From an uncultured Gemmatimonadales bacterium (GTDB lineage Bacteria > Gemmatimonadota > Gemmatimonadetes > Palauibacterales > Palauibacteraceae): a DNA stretch of 64,000 bases. Each line of letters starts with the position of its first letter. Within the stretch, counting starts at the first letter, position 1. The translations under genes were made by a program, and so were the position numbers. Shown in pieces: positions 34,968 through 45,075 of the stretch. The stretch is from assembly GCA_963783385.1 (NCBI GenBank), contig CAWANJ010000009.1:704001-768000 (forward strand), written 5' to 3'. A model generated the notes under the pieces. It was not told the DNA's origin. It saw nothing but the letters and a program-made list of their open reading frames with translations, and did no database searches.

Positions 34968-35705
34968 CTATCCTCCGTGCGTACGAACTCTCGTCTGCAG
35001 GGCCTCCCGCTCCGCCGGGCGCAGCTCGCGCCACGCCCCGGACGGGAGGTCGGCCAGCTCCACCGGGCCGAACGCCACCCTCTTCAGGTAGCGTATCCGG
35101 GCGTCGAGCGCATGCAGCATTCGCCGGATCTCGCGGTTCCGTCCCTCGTGCAACGTCACCAGGAGGACCGGGCCCGGGCCCGCATCCGGCAGAAGGCTCG
35201 ACGCGTCGGCGGCCGCGAGACCGTCCTCGAGCTCCACTCCCTCGAGCAGCCGCCGGGCCAGGCCCGGCGGGGCGGGCGCCACCAGCCCGACCTCGTAACG
35301 CTTCTCGACCTCCGCCGAGGGATGGAGGAGCCCGTGCGCCAGGTCTCCCTCGTTCGTGAGGAGGAGGAGTCCCTCGCTCATGTAGTCCAGCCTTCCGACG
35401 TGGAACAGCTCGCCGAGCCCGGCGGGCAGGCCATCGTACACGGTGGGGCGACCCTGCGGATCGGACCGGGTGCACAGCGTTCCGGGCCGCTTGTGAAGCG
35501 CGATCCACCGCGGCGGGGACAGCTCGACCCGGCGGCCGTCCACGGTCACGTCGCTGCTGGCCGGATCGACGCGCGAGCCCATCTCCGTGACCACTTCGCC
35601 GTCCACCCGGACCCGCCCCTGCCGGATGAGATCCTCGCTGGCCCGCCGCGATGCCACCCCGGCGCGCGCCAGGTACTTCTGAAGTCGCATCGAGCCCGTC
35701 GTCAC
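34968..35705 (-). CDS. rluB: rRNA pseudouridine synthase (RluB/RsuA family)
   Basis: RLQKYLARAGVASRR, VGRLD, EGLLLLTN and EGRNREIRRM; start is GTG 35705 or ATG 35690. Confidence 0.9.
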   Translation of the reverse strand: MTTGSMRLQKYLARAGVASRRASEDLIRQGRVRVDGEVVTEMGSRVDPASSDVTVDGRRVELSPPRWIALHKRPGTLCTRSDPQGRPTVYDGLPAGLGELFHVGRLDYMSEGLLLLTNEGDLAHGLLHPSAEVEKRYEVGLVAPAPPGLARRLLEGVELEDGLAAADASSLLPDAGPGPVLLVTLHEGRNREIRRMLHALDARIRYLKRVAFGPVELADLPSGAWRELRPAEREALQTRVRTHGG

Positions 35706-36355
35706 GGCGGTGGGCCTCCGCTGGCGGCCGGCCCCTCCGCCGCCGGATCCTCCCCGCCGGCCGGGTCCGGCTGCGCCGCCGGCTCCAGCGCCGCGAACAG
35801 TCCGGCCTGATCCCCCGCGGTCCCCTCCTCGCCTCCGCCCAGCGTCACGCTCAGGGCCCCGGGCTCGGGCAGGTCGTCGAGACCCTGGAAGCCGAAGTGG
35901 TCCAGGAAACGCTGCGTGGTGCCGTACAGGAGGGGCCGTCCCAGCCCTTCGCCCCGACCCACGACCTCGACCAGATCCCACTCCTGCAGCGTCCTGAGGA
36001 CGGAGCTGGACCCGACCCCGCGGACCTCCTCGATCTCGACGCGCCCGATCGGCTGCCGGTAGGCGATGATGGCCAGGGTCTCGAGGGCGGCCTCGGAGAG
36101 AATCGGCGAGCGCGGGACGGAGTCGAAGCGCTCCAGGTAGGGCGCGTACTCCGGCCGCGTGAGGATCTGGAACCCGTCGCCGAGACGGAAGACCTGGAAG
36201 GCACGATCCGACGCGTCATACGCCTCCCTCAAGGCCTCGAGCGCCTCGCGGACGCGGTCCGGGGTGAGCGCCTCGTCCGCTCGCGCCAGCTCATCGGGCG
36301 TGAGCGGCGTCTGGCTGGCGAACAGCGTCGCCTCGACGATCTGCTCCGGGCTCAC
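35702..36355 (-). CDS. scpB: SMC-Scp complex subunit ScpB
   Basis: EATLFA, ALETLAIIAYRQP and GRPLLYGTT. Confidence 0.95.
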   Translation of the reverse strand: MSPEQIVEATLFASQTPLTPDELARADEALTPDRVREALEALREAYDASDRAFQVFRLGDGFQILTRPEYAPYLERFDSVPRSPILSEAALETLAIIAYRQPIGRVEIEEVRGVGSSSVLRTLQEWDLVEVVGRGEGLGRPLLYGTTQRFLDHFGFQGLDDLPEPGALSVTLGGGEEGTAGDQAGLFAALEPAAQPDPAGGEDPAAEGPAASGGPPP

Positions 36356-36374
36356 GGGGCCGACCTCCGCGCGC

Positions 36375-37193
36375 TCACGATGCCGCCCCGCCCGAGGCCG
36401 CCTCCGCGACCTCCTCCTCCGGCTGGTCGGCCTCCTCGGCAAGCCGGGGTCGCGGGAAGATCCAGATCGAGCCGAACGGGACCGACTGCTCGATGCGCAC
36501 GAGCTGCTGGCGCGCCATCTCGAGGCAGGCGAGGAGGGCGGCCACGGCGTGCGGCCGCGTGCCCCACGGCTTGACCAGCCGCTCGAAGGCCAGGCGCTGG
36601 ACCGTCCTCAGCAGGCGGCCCAGCAGGGACATCTTCTCGTCGACCGTCACCACGCGCACGGGCGCCCGGTGCGTGGGCTCGGGGCCCGCCTCGGGCATGC
36701 TGCGCACGGCCTCGAGAAAGTCGTCCCGGCTCGTCTCCAGCTCGGGCAGGAGGTTCCCAGGGGACGGCCGCGGCTGCGAGTAGCCGCGCTCGAAGTGGCG
36801 GCTCCGGTCGGCCTCGGCCGCTCCCAGGACGTGGGCCACCTCCAGGAAGTGCTCGTACTCGAGCAGTCGCCGGACCAGGTCGGCGCGCGGGTCCTCGTCC
36901 CAGTCCGGGACCACGTTTCGGGGCAGGAGCAGCTGCGCCTTGATGCGCACCAGGGTCGCCGCCATCTCGAGGAACTCCCCTGCCCGGTCCAGCTCCAGCC
37001 GCTCGAGACCGGCCCCGAGCGCGGCCTGGAACTGGGCCGTGATCGTGGCAATGGGGATGTCGAAGATGTCGATGTCCTGGGAGCGGATCAGGTGGAGGAG
37101 GAGGTCCAGGGGCCCGCGGAAGCGCTCCAGCTCGACGACGAACGGCTCCGGCCCCAGGTAGGAAGCCGGTCCGGAGGCGAGGGCCCGCGCCAT
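36375..37193 (-). CDS. scpA: Segregation/condensation protein ScpA
   Basis: FRGPLDLLLHLI, FLEMAATLVRIK and DPRADLVRRLLEY. Confidence 0.95.
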   Translation of the reverse strand: MARALASGPASYLGPEPFVVELERFRGPLDLLLHLIRSQDIDIFDIPIATITAQFQAALGAGLERLELDRAGEFLEMAATLVRIKAQLLLPRNVVPDWDEDPRADLVRRLLEYEHFLEVAHVLGAAEADRSRHFERGYSQPRPSPGNLLPELETSRDDFLEAVRSMPEAGPEPTHRAPVRVVTVDEKMSLLGRLLRTVQRLAFERLVKPWGTRPHAVAALLACLEMARQQLVRIEQSVPFGSIWIFPRPRLAEEADQPEEEVAEAASGGAAS

Positions 37194-37194
37194 C

Positions 37195-37860
37195 TCAGCT
37201 CAGCGCGTAGGCGAGCGCCATGGCCGCCCGGTCCAGGACGGTGACCGGCGAGAGGATCACGCCGAGGATCCCCGGAAAGAAGAACACGATCGCCAGCAGG
37301 ATGATGCTGTACCGGCTCAGCGCCCGGTAGCGCGCACCGAGGGCGGGCGGGAGGAAGTGATACAGCACGTGAGAACCGTCCAGCGGCGGCACCGGAATCA
37401 GGTTGAACACGGCCAGGATCAGGTTGATGAAGATCCCGTATCGGGCCATCACCTGCAGGACGGACGCGGACCGCGCCAGGCTGCCCCCGGTCCATCCGAT
37501 CAGATGACTCAGGAGGGCGAACACCAGCACCCAGCCGATCACCTGGGCGAAGTTGATCGCGATCCCGGCCAGGGAAACGAGGATGTCCCCCTTCCGGTAG
37601 TTCTTGAAGTTCCGGCTGTTGATGGGCACGGGCTTGGCCCAGCCGAACAGGAACGACCCGGGGAGCAGCCACAGGACGATCGGCACGACAATGCTGCCGA
37701 TCGGATCGATGTGCGGAAGCGGGTTCAGGGTCAGACGCCCGAGCATGGCCGGCGTGGGGTCGCCCTGCCACACGGCCACTCGCGCGTGCGCCCACTCGTG
37801 CAGCACCACCGCGAGGAGCAGCACGGGCAAGACCAGGACCAGCGTGCTGATGGAGTTCAT
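37195..37860 (-). CDS. Site-2 protease (M50) family protein
   Basis: HEWAH, GRLTLNP and FNLIPVPPLDG. Confidence 0.93.
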   Translation of the reverse strand: MNSISTLVLVLPVLLLAVVLHEWAHARVAVWQGDPTPAMLGRLTLNPLPHIDPIGSIVVPIVLWLLPGSFLFGWAKPVPINSRNFKNYRKGDILVSLAGIAINFAQVIGWVLVFALLSHLIGWTGGSLARSASVLQVMARYGIFINLILAVFNLIPVPPLDGSHVLYHFLPPALGARYRALSRYSIILLAIVFFFPGILGVILSPVTVLDRAAMALAYALS

Positions 37861-37909
37861 CCCTTTCCCGTCCCCACACCCGGCGGACGCGCGCTCTTCT
37901 CGCTACACC

Positions 37910-37938
37910 TTGATCGCGCGCGATTCCGCATCTATGTT
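37910..37938 (+). promoter_or_regulatory. sigma70-type promoter of rpsT
   Basis: TTGATC-N17-TATGTT, 45 nt upstream of the start. Confidence 0.5.
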
Positions 37939-37983
37939 GAAAGACTCGATTCGTGACCCTGAGAACACCGGAGTCGACGCACC

Positions 37984-38241
37984 GTGCCGAACATCAAGAG
38001 CGCCAAGAAGCGCCTCCGCCAGTCGGAGAACCGCCGTGTCCGCAACAAGTCCGTGCGGTCACACATCCGCACCCGGATCCGGGCCCTGCTGGCCACCACC
38101 TCGGCCGAGGACGCGCAGGCCCTGCTCCCGGACCTGTATGCCCTGCTGGACCGCGCGGCCGGCCGCGGCGTCCTGCATCCGAACACGGCCGCCCGTCAGA
38201 AGTCGAGACTGGCCCGCCACGTGGAGTCGCTCTCCGACTGA
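37984..38241 (+). CDS. rpsT: 30S ribosomal protein S20
   Basis: PNIKSAKKR...HPNTAARQKSRL. Confidence 0.98.
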   Translation: MPNIKSAKKRLRQSENRRVRNKSVRSHIRTRIRALLATTSAEDAQALLPDLYALLDRAAGRGVLHPNTAARQKSRLARHVESLSD

Positions 38242-38260
38242 CGCCGACCGGCGCGGCTCC

Positions 38261-39211
38261 TCAAGCCGCGCCGTCCCCTCCCTCCCGCTCCGCGGTTCCG
38301 TCGTCCTCGTCTTCCTCCTCGCCCTCGTCGAGCACGAGCGAGAGGGTGTCGAGTGAATCGGCGTCGTCCAGGGACAGCGACTCCAGGAAGTCCAGTTCGT
38401 CCTCGTACCCCGACTCTCCGCCGTCCTCTTCACCGGCGGCTTCCCCGTCCCCCGCCGGGACGGCGTCCGACCCCGGCGGCGCCTCCGGGCGCTGCTCGAG
38501 GAACGACAGCACGTCGTCCTCCTCCTCGGCCTCCTGTTCACCGACCTCGTCCGGGCCGGCGGCCGACGCCTCGGACCGCGTGGAGGCCGCCGCGCCTCCA
38601 CCCAGCGCCGGCTCGGGCATGGTGCCCGACATCCAGCCGGGCCTCGTCTGGAGTCCGGAAACCTCCGCGGCTTCGTCCTCCACGGTGGCTTCGTCCTCCA
38701 CGACTTCCTCGGCCTCCATCGCGTCGGCCGCCTCGGCTCCGGACTCCACGGCGCCTGGCACCGGAGCGTCGAGCTCGGCCAGGACCTCCTCCAGTCGATC
38801 CACCGCGGCGGCCTCCTCCTCCAGCCGGCCCTCGAGCTCCCCGAGGGCTCCCTCGTGCTCGGCCCGGTGGGTCTCCCACTCCTCGTCGGAGTACTCGCCC
38901 ACGCGGTGGCGGAGCTCGGCCTCCTCCTTCCGGGCGGCGCGCTCTTCGCGCTGTCCCTCGAGGTCCTCCATGCGCTCCCGGCGCTCCGAGAGCGACGCCT
39001 CGAGCCCGTCGCGGTGGCCCTTGAGCTCGTCCTCGACCTCGCCCAGGCGCTCCAGGTAGTCCTCGCGCACCCGTTCGTACACGGCCCGGCGCACACCGCC
39101 GACCTGACCGTCGAGCCTGGTGAGCCACCCCCGGTAGGTGGAGCGCCGCTCGAGGAGCTCGGAGATCTCCTCGGGTATCGTGGCTGTCCCGGTCCCTTCC
39201 TGGTCCTCCAT
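38261..39211 (-). CDS. Very acidic coiled-coil protein (possibly CdvA-like coiled coil)
   Basis: GGAGG SD and ATG at 39211; VYERVREDY...ELRHRVGEYSDEEW coiled coil; Asp/Glu-rich disordered tail. Confidence 0.7.
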   Translation of the reverse strand: MEDQEGTGTATIPEEISELLERRSTYRGWLTRLDGQVGGVRRAVYERVREDYLERLGEVEDELKGHRDGLEASLSERRERMEDLEGQREERAARKEEAELRHRVGEYSDEEWETHRAEHEGALGELEGRLEEEAAAVDRLEEVLAELDAPVPGAVESGAEAADAMEAEEVVEDEATVEDEAAEVSGLQTRPGWMSGTMPEPALGGGAAASTRSEASAAGPDEVGEQEAEEEDDVLSFLEQRPEAPPGSDAVPAGDGEAAGEEDGGESGYEDELDFLESLSLDDADSLDTLSLVLDEGEEEDEDDGTAEREGGDGAA

Positions 39212-39252
39212 CCGATCCTCCGACAATGCTCGCGCTGCTCCTCGGTGGCCGC

Positions 39253-40590
39253 TCAGGCGGCCTCGTCCGGCACGCTCCGCCGGTATCGCTCCACACCGCC
39301 CACCAGGGTCACGTGCACCCGCCCGGTGAGCTCCCGTCCCCCGAACGGCGTGTTCCGGCTCCGGGAGAGGAACGCCTCGGGCTCGACGGTCCAGCGCTCC
39401 TCCGGGTCGAAGAGGACGATGTCCGCGGGGCTGCCGGGCCGCAACGTCCCCGCATCGATCCCCATGATCCGCGCCGGCGAGCAGGACATCCGGTCCACCA
39501 GCCCGGCCAGGGGCAGGTGCCCTGGCTCGACCAGCTCGCACATGCCCAGCCCGAGCGCCGTCTCCAGCCCGACGATCCCGAACGGCGCATCGTCGAACTC
39601 CCGCTCCTTCTCCTCGTAATGGTGCGGCGCGTGGTCGGTGGCGATCACATCGATCACGCCGTCCACCAGGCCCTGCCGCACCGCCTCGCGGTCCTCCTCG
39701 GTGCGCAGGGGAGGGTTCATCTTGGAGTCGGTCCTGTACCCGCGCACGGCCGTCTCGGTCAGGGCCAGGTGGTGGGGCGTCACCTCCGAGGTGACGCTCA
39801 GACCACGCTCGCGGGCCATCCGGAGTTGCTCGACCGTCTGCCGCGCGGAGACGTGGCACACGTGCAGGTGCCCGCCGGTGAGCTCGGCGAGCTGGATGTC
39901 GCGCGCCACCATGGCCGCCTCGGCCGCGTTCGGCTGGCCGCGGAGCCCGAGGGCGGTGGACACCTTGCCCTCGTTCATAACTCCGAACCCGGCTAGCTCC
40001 CGCACCTCCGAGTGCTGCAGGACCGGGATCCCGAACGTCTGCGTGTACTCGAGCAGGCGCCGCAGGAGCCCGGCGTTCCAGATCGGATGACCGTCGTCCG
40101 ACACGGCCACGGCCCCCGCGGCCACCATCTCCCCGATCTCGGTCATGCGCTCGCCGGCCAGGTCCAGGGAGGCCGCCCCGATCGGCATCACCCGTGCGCC
40201 GCCTGCGCGCTCACCCTCGGCGCGCACGAAGCCCACCGCGGCCGGGTCGTCGATCGGGGGGTCCGTGTTCGGCATCGTCCACACGGTGGTGAACCCGCCG
40301 GCCGCGGCGGCCCGCGCCCCGGTCAGGATCGTCTCCTTGTGCTCGCCCCCGGGCTCACGCAAGTGGACATGGAGGTCGATGAAGCCGGGCGCCACCACGA
40401 GGCCGTCCGCGTCCAGCGTCTCGCACCCCTCGGGGGGCTCCAGCGTCCCGCCGGCCGCCTCAATGCGGCCATCCACGACCAGGAGGTCGCCGACCCCGTC
40501 CACGTCCCGGGACGGATCGAGCAGCCGCCCCCCCTTGAGGAGGACGGGCCGCCCGCCCGGTCCGCCGGCCGGCCGCGGGCGCGAGCTCAC
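39253..40590 (-). CDS. pyrC: Dihydroorotase
   Basis: [21 protein letters not shown] and TDHAPH. Confidence 0.96.
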   Translation of the reverse strand: MSSRPRPAGGPGGRPVLLKGGRLLDPSRDVDGVGDLLVVDGRIEAAGGTLEPPEGCETLDADGLVVAPGFIDLHVHLREPGGEHKETILTGARAAAAGGFTTVWTMPNTDPPIDDPAAVGFVRAEGERAGGARVMPIGAASLDLAGERMTEIGEMVAAGAVAVSDDGHPIWNAGLLRRLLEYTQTFGIPVLQHSEVRELAGFGVMNEGKVSTALGLRGQPNAAEAAMVARDIQLAELTGGHLHVCHVSARQTVEQLRMARERGLSVTSEVTPHHLALTETAVRGYRTDSKMNPPLRTEEDREAVRQGLVDGVIDVIATDHAPHHYEEKEREFDDAPFGIVGLETALGLGMCELVEPGHLPLAGLVDRMSCSPARIMGIDAGTLRPGSPADIVLFDPEERWTVEPEAFLSRSRNTPFGGRELTGRVHVTLVGGVERYRRSVPDEAA

Positions 40591-41565
40591 GCCTCTCCCT
40601 GCTTGGCGGCTTCGGCGGCCTCGGGCTTGCCGCCCGCCAGGAGGTAGAGGACCGCCATGCGCACCGCCACGCCGTTGGTGACCTGGGGCAGGATCATCGA
40701 CCGCGGTCCGTCGGCCACGTCGGAGTCGATCTCGACCCCGCGGTTCATCGGTCCGGGGTGGAGCACCACGAGATCCTCCCGCGCGCGCTCGAGGCGCTCG
40801 GCGCTCACCCCGAACACCCGGTTGTACTCACGCACCGAGGGGATGAACCCGGCCTTCATGCGCTCGAGCTGCAGGCGGAGGACGTAGAGGGCGTCGGACC
40901 ACTCGATCGCCTCCTCCACCCGCCCGAACACGCTCACGCCCAGCTCCTCGATCCCCAGCGGGATGAGCGTCCTCGGACCGCACACCGCCACCTCGGCGCC
41001 CACCTTGAGGAGGCCCCAGAATGTTGGATCGGGCGACCCTGGAGTGCAGGATGTCGCCCACGATGCAGACCTTGAGGCCCTCGAGCTCGCCGAACCGGTC
41101 TCGCAGGGTGAGGAGGTCGAGGAGCGCCTGGGTGGGGTGCTCGTGCTGCCCGTCCCCGCCGTTGATCACGTTGGAGGGGATGCGATCGGCCAGGAAGCGG
41201 GCCGCCCCCGAGGAGCCGTGCCGCATCACGACCATGTCGATCCGCATGGCCTCCAGCGTGCGCGCCGTATCCACCAGCGTCTCCCCCTTCTGCACGGACG
41301 AGCCGGTGGCGGAGATGTTGACCGTGTCGGCCGAGAGCCGCTTCTCGGCGAACTCGAAGGAGATGCGGGTCCGGGTGGAGGGCTCGAAGAACAGGTTGAC
41401 GATCGTCTTGCCGCGCAGCACCGGGACCTTCTTGATGCGGCGCTCGCTGATCTCCTTGAAGGGCTCCGCCGTGTCGAGGATGGTGCGGATCTGCTCGCCG
41501 GTGAGCCCCTCGAGGCCGACCAGGTCCTTGCCGAGCCCGGCTCCCGGGGGCGTGCCGTCCCTCAC
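40587..41565 (-). CDS. pyrB: Aspartate carbamoyltransferase catalytic subunit, one +1 frameshift near 41020
   Basis: [14 protein letters not shown] and GDILHSRV in one frame; RLQLER and HPGPMNRG in the next. Removing one T gives RSNIWGLLKVG. Confidence 0.95.
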
Positions 41566-42122
41566 CCGGCCTCCGGCGTGTCGACCAGGCACACGCACAG
41601 GTTGCCGTCCAGGTCGGGGACGCTGACCGCCACCTGGCGGCCAGGAGGGACCTCGAGGCGGCGGCCCACGTAGTCGGGCTGGATGGGGAGCTCCCGGCCG
41701 CCCCGGTCGACGAGGACGCACAGCTCGATGCGGCGAGGTCGGCCAAAGTCCGCCAGCTCGTCCAGAGCGGCGCGCACTGTGCGGCCCGTGAACAGGACAT
41801 CGTCCACGAGCACGACCCTGCGGCCGGTGATCTCGCCCGGCAGCTCGGTGGGCCCGATCACCGGTCGGGGGCCGACCTGCTCGAAGTCGTCGCGGTAGAG
41901 CGTGATGTCCAGGGATCCGGTGGCCACGGGTCCAAAGCCGGCCCGTTCCAGGTGTTTGGCGATGCGGTCGGCGAGCTCGACGCCCCGGCGGCGGATTCCC
42001 ACGACCATCAGGTCGCTCGGATCGTCGGTGCGGTCGGCGATGAGCCCGGCCAGCTCGCGGAGGGTCTCCTCCACGGCTTCCCGGTCCATCACCTTGTCGC
42101 GGCCGCCCGTCGTCCCGGGCAT
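41562..42122 (-). CDS. pyrR: Pyrimidine operon regulator / UPRTase PyrR
   Basis: [25 protein letters not shown] and [15 protein letters not shown]. Confidence 0.96.
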   Translation of the reverse strand: MPGTTGGRDKVMDREAVEETLRELAGLIADRTDDPSDLMVVGIRRRGVELADRIAKHLERAGFGPVATGSLDITLYRDDFEQVGPRPVIGPTELPGEITGRRVVLVDDVLFTGRTVRAALDELADFGRPRRIELCVLVDRGGRELPIQPDYVGRRLEVPPGRQVAVSVPDLDGNLCVCLVDTPEAG

Positions 42123-42223
42123 GACCCTCCGTGCTCGTGGCGTGGGTGGGCCCGCACCCGCCCGGGCGGGCGCGGGACTCGAGGCGCCGGCCCTCTCGGG
42201 CCGACGGACCCGGCGCTGGCCGG

Positions 42224-42252
42224 AGTATACGGGCCGGGACACCGCCAATCAA
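42224..42252 (-). promoter_or_regulatory. sigma70-type promoter of pyrRBC
   Basis: TTGATT-N17-TATACT on the minus strand. Confidence 0.65.
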
Positions 42253-42310
42253 CGGGGGACGGCGCGGCCTTTACACGCCCTCTGCCCCTCTCTAGGTTGC
42301 GCCGGCCGCG

Positions 42311-43894
42311 TTGCTGCCCGCGACCCACAGGGAGGTGCCTCTGCTCGCCAAGCTGCTTCGACGCAAGCCGATCCCCGAACGGGCGGAAGACGCCCTCGAG
42401 ACCGACCTCAAGCGCACGCTGGGCAAGTGGCAGCTGACCGCGCTCGGCGTGGGCGCCATCATCGGCGCCGGGATCTTCTCGGCCGCCGGCACGGCCGTCG
42501 CGGGAGGGGCCGATCACCTGGGCGCCGGTCCGGCGCTGGTCGTCTCCTACATCGGCGTGGCCATGGCCTGCGGGTTCGCGGCCCTGTGCTACGCCGAGTT
42601 CGCGGCCATGATTCCCGAGTCGGGGAGTGCCTACACCTACGCCTACTCGACCCTGGGCGAGATCGTGGCGTGGATCATCGGCTGGGACCTCATCATCGAG
42701 TACGCGGTCGGCAACATCGCCGTGGCGGTGAGCTGGTCGGGCTACTTCCAGCAGTTCCTGCGCGGCTTCGGCATGGCGCTGCCCGAATGGATGGCCACCG
42801 ACCCGATCACGGCCAACAAGGCGGCGCACACGGTGGCGCAGGCGACGCAGGCGGACACGCTCTCGTCGGTCGCCCCCCACATCGTGCGGGCCGCACAGTC
42901 GCTCTCCGAGGCGCCGCACCTCCTGGGGCTCCCGATCGTGGTCAACGTTCCCGCGGTCATGATCGTGGCGCTCATCACCTGGATCCTGGTCGTCGGGATC
43001 CGGGAGAGCTCGTGGTTCAACGTGGTGATGGTGGTCATCAAGCTCGCCATCCTCGGCTTCTTCATCGTGGCCGGGGCCTTCTACGTCCGACCGGCCAACT
43101 GGACACCCTTCGCCCCCAACGGGCTGCAGGGAATCTGGACCGGCGCGGCGCTCATCTTCTTCGCTTACATCGGCTTCGACGCCGTGTCGACCGCGGCCGA
43201 GGAGACGAAGCACCCGCAGACGGACATGCCGTTCGCGATGATCGCCTCCCTGATCGTCACCTCGATCCTGTACATCGCCGTGACCCTGGTCCTGACGGGA
43301 CTGGTGCCCTGGACCCATCTGGGGACGGCCGAGCCGCTGGCCACGGCGTTCAGCGAGCGCGGCCTCAACATGGCGGCCGGCATCATCTCCGTGGGAGCCC
43401 TCGCCGCCACCACCTCGGTGCTGCTGGTGTTCCAGCTGGGGCAGCCGCGCATCCTGTTTTCCATGGCGCGGGACGGCCTCCTGCCGCCCGTGGTGGCGAA
43501 GGTGCACAAGAAGCACCGTACGCCCTACGTGGCCACGATCATGACCGGGATCTTCGTGGCGTTCTTCGCGGCCTTCATGCCGATCGCCGAGATCATCGAG
43601 CTCACCAACATCGGCACCCTGTTCGCCTTCGTGCTGGTGGCCATCGGGATCATCGTGCTCCGCCGGCTGGAGCCTGACCGGGAGCGACCCTTCAAGACCC
43701 CGTGGGTGCCCTTCGTGCCGCTGGTGGCGATCCTCGCCTGCCTGGGCCTCATGCTGGGGCTGCCGCTCCTGACCTGGATCCGGTTCGGCATCTGGCTCCT
43801 GGTGGGACTGGCGTTCTACTATCTGTACGGGCGCAAGCACAGCGTCCTGCGCCGCCCGGACCGGGAGGCGGCCGCGGCGGGCGGCGGCGAGTAG
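42311..43894 (+). CDS. APC family amino acid permease
   Basis: GAIIGAGIF, CYAEFA, GSAYTY and FAYIGFD. The real start may be GTG ~42335 after GGAGG. Confidence 0.93.
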   Translation: MLPATHREVPLLAKLLRRKPIPERAEDALETDLKRTLGKWQLTALGVGAIIGAGIFSAAGTAVAGGADHLGAGPALVVSYIGVAMACGFAALCYAEFAAMIPESGSAYTYAYSTLGEIVAWIIGWDLIIEYAVGNIAVAVSWSGYFQQFLRGFGMALPEWMATDPITANKAAHTVAQATQADTLSSVAPHIVRAAQSLSEAPHLLGLPIVVNVPAVMIVALITWILVVGIRESSWFNVVMVVIKLAILGFFIVAGAFYVRPANWTPFAPNGLQGIWTGAALIFFAYIGFDAVSTAAEETKHPQTDMPFAMIASLIVTSILYIAVTLVLTGLVPWTHLGTAEPLATAFSERGLNMAAGIISVGALAATTSVLLVFQLGQPRILFSMARDGLLPPVVAKVHKKHRTPYVATIMTGIFVAFFAAFMPIAEIIELTNIGTLFAFVLVAIGIIVLRRLEPDRERPFKTPWVPFVPLVAILACLGLMLGLPLLTWIRFGIWLLVGLAFYYLYGRKHSVLRRPDREAAAAGGGE

Positions 43895-43915
43895 GGCGAG
43901 CCGCAGCGTGCGCCC

Positions 43916-45075
43916 GTGACGCACGCCCCCGGGTACGACCTCGAGGCGGTGCGGCGGAGGATCCCCCTCCTCCGCCGCCTCGTCCCCATGAACGCCTGCT
44001 CGCACGCGCCCCAGTCCGACGCCACCCGCGCCGCCGCCGAGGCCTACCTGGGCTCGTGGGACCGCGGACGGCATGGACTGGGACCGCTGGATGGAGGAGG
44101 TGGAGCGGGCCCGGGCGACCTTCGCCGCACCTGGTCGGCGCGGAGCCCGCGGACGTGGCCGTGGCCGCCTCGGTCTCCCAGGCCACCTCCAGCGTGGCCA
44201 GCGGTCTGGACTACGCGGGCGAGCGGCGCCGCGTGCTGGTGAGCGGCGCGGAATTCCCCACCGTGGCCCACGTGTGGCTCGCCCAGGAGCGCTTCGGCGC
44301 CGAGGTGGCCCGGGTCCCGGTGCGGGATGGCGTGGTCGCCCTGGAGGACTACGAGGCCGCCCTCGACGAGCGCACGCTGGTCGTGTCGGCCTGCCACGGC
44401 TACTACCAGGACGGGTTCAAGCAGGACGTCCCCGCCATCGCCGCGCTGGCTCACGCGCACGGCGCCCTCCTGTACGTCGACGCCTACCAGACCCTGGGCA
44501 CCGCGCCGTTCGACGCCCCCGCCAGCGGGGCGGACTTCGTGGCCGCCGGCTGCCTCAAGTACCTGATGGGGATCCCCGGCATCGCCTTCGTGTGGGTGCG
44601 GCCCGGGCTGGCGGAGCGGCTGCGGCCCGCGCTCACCGGCTGGTTCGGGCGCCGCGAGCCGTTCGCCTTCGACGCGGAGCGCCTGGACTGGGCCGAGGGC
44701 GCGCGCCGGCTCGACCTCGGTACCCCGCCCGTGCTGGAGGCCTACGTCGCCCGCGCCGGCATGGAGTGGCTGCGCGAGGTCGGGCTCGAGGCCATCGGAG
44801 CGTGGAACCGAGCGCTCGGGGCCAGACTGATCGAGGGAGGCCAGGAGCGCGGCTTCCGGCTCCTCGGAACCGACGACCCGGACCGGAAGACGCCCTCCAC
44901 CGCCTTCGCGTGCGAGGACGGCCACGCCGTGGAGGCCGCCCTGCGGGAACGCGGGGTGCTGGCCTCGGCGCGCGGGCCCGCCATCCGGCTGGCGCCCCAC
45001 TTCTACAGCTCCCTCGAGGACGTGGACCGCGCGCTGGACGCCCTGTCGGAGGTGCTGGGGGGCGGCGAGGCGTGA
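43916..45075 (+). CDS. PLP-dependent class V aminotransferase-fold enzyme, two +1 frameshifts (~44065, ~44130)
   Basis: Three consecutive frames give MNACSHAP...WMEEVERAR...EFPT...VDAYQ...GCLKYL...IRLAPHFY. Span is 1158+2 nt. Confidence 0.85.

Noticed and set aside
43916-45075. Selenocysteine lyase linked to selD
   Set aside because: No catalytic Cys loop, and it lies 11 kb from selD.
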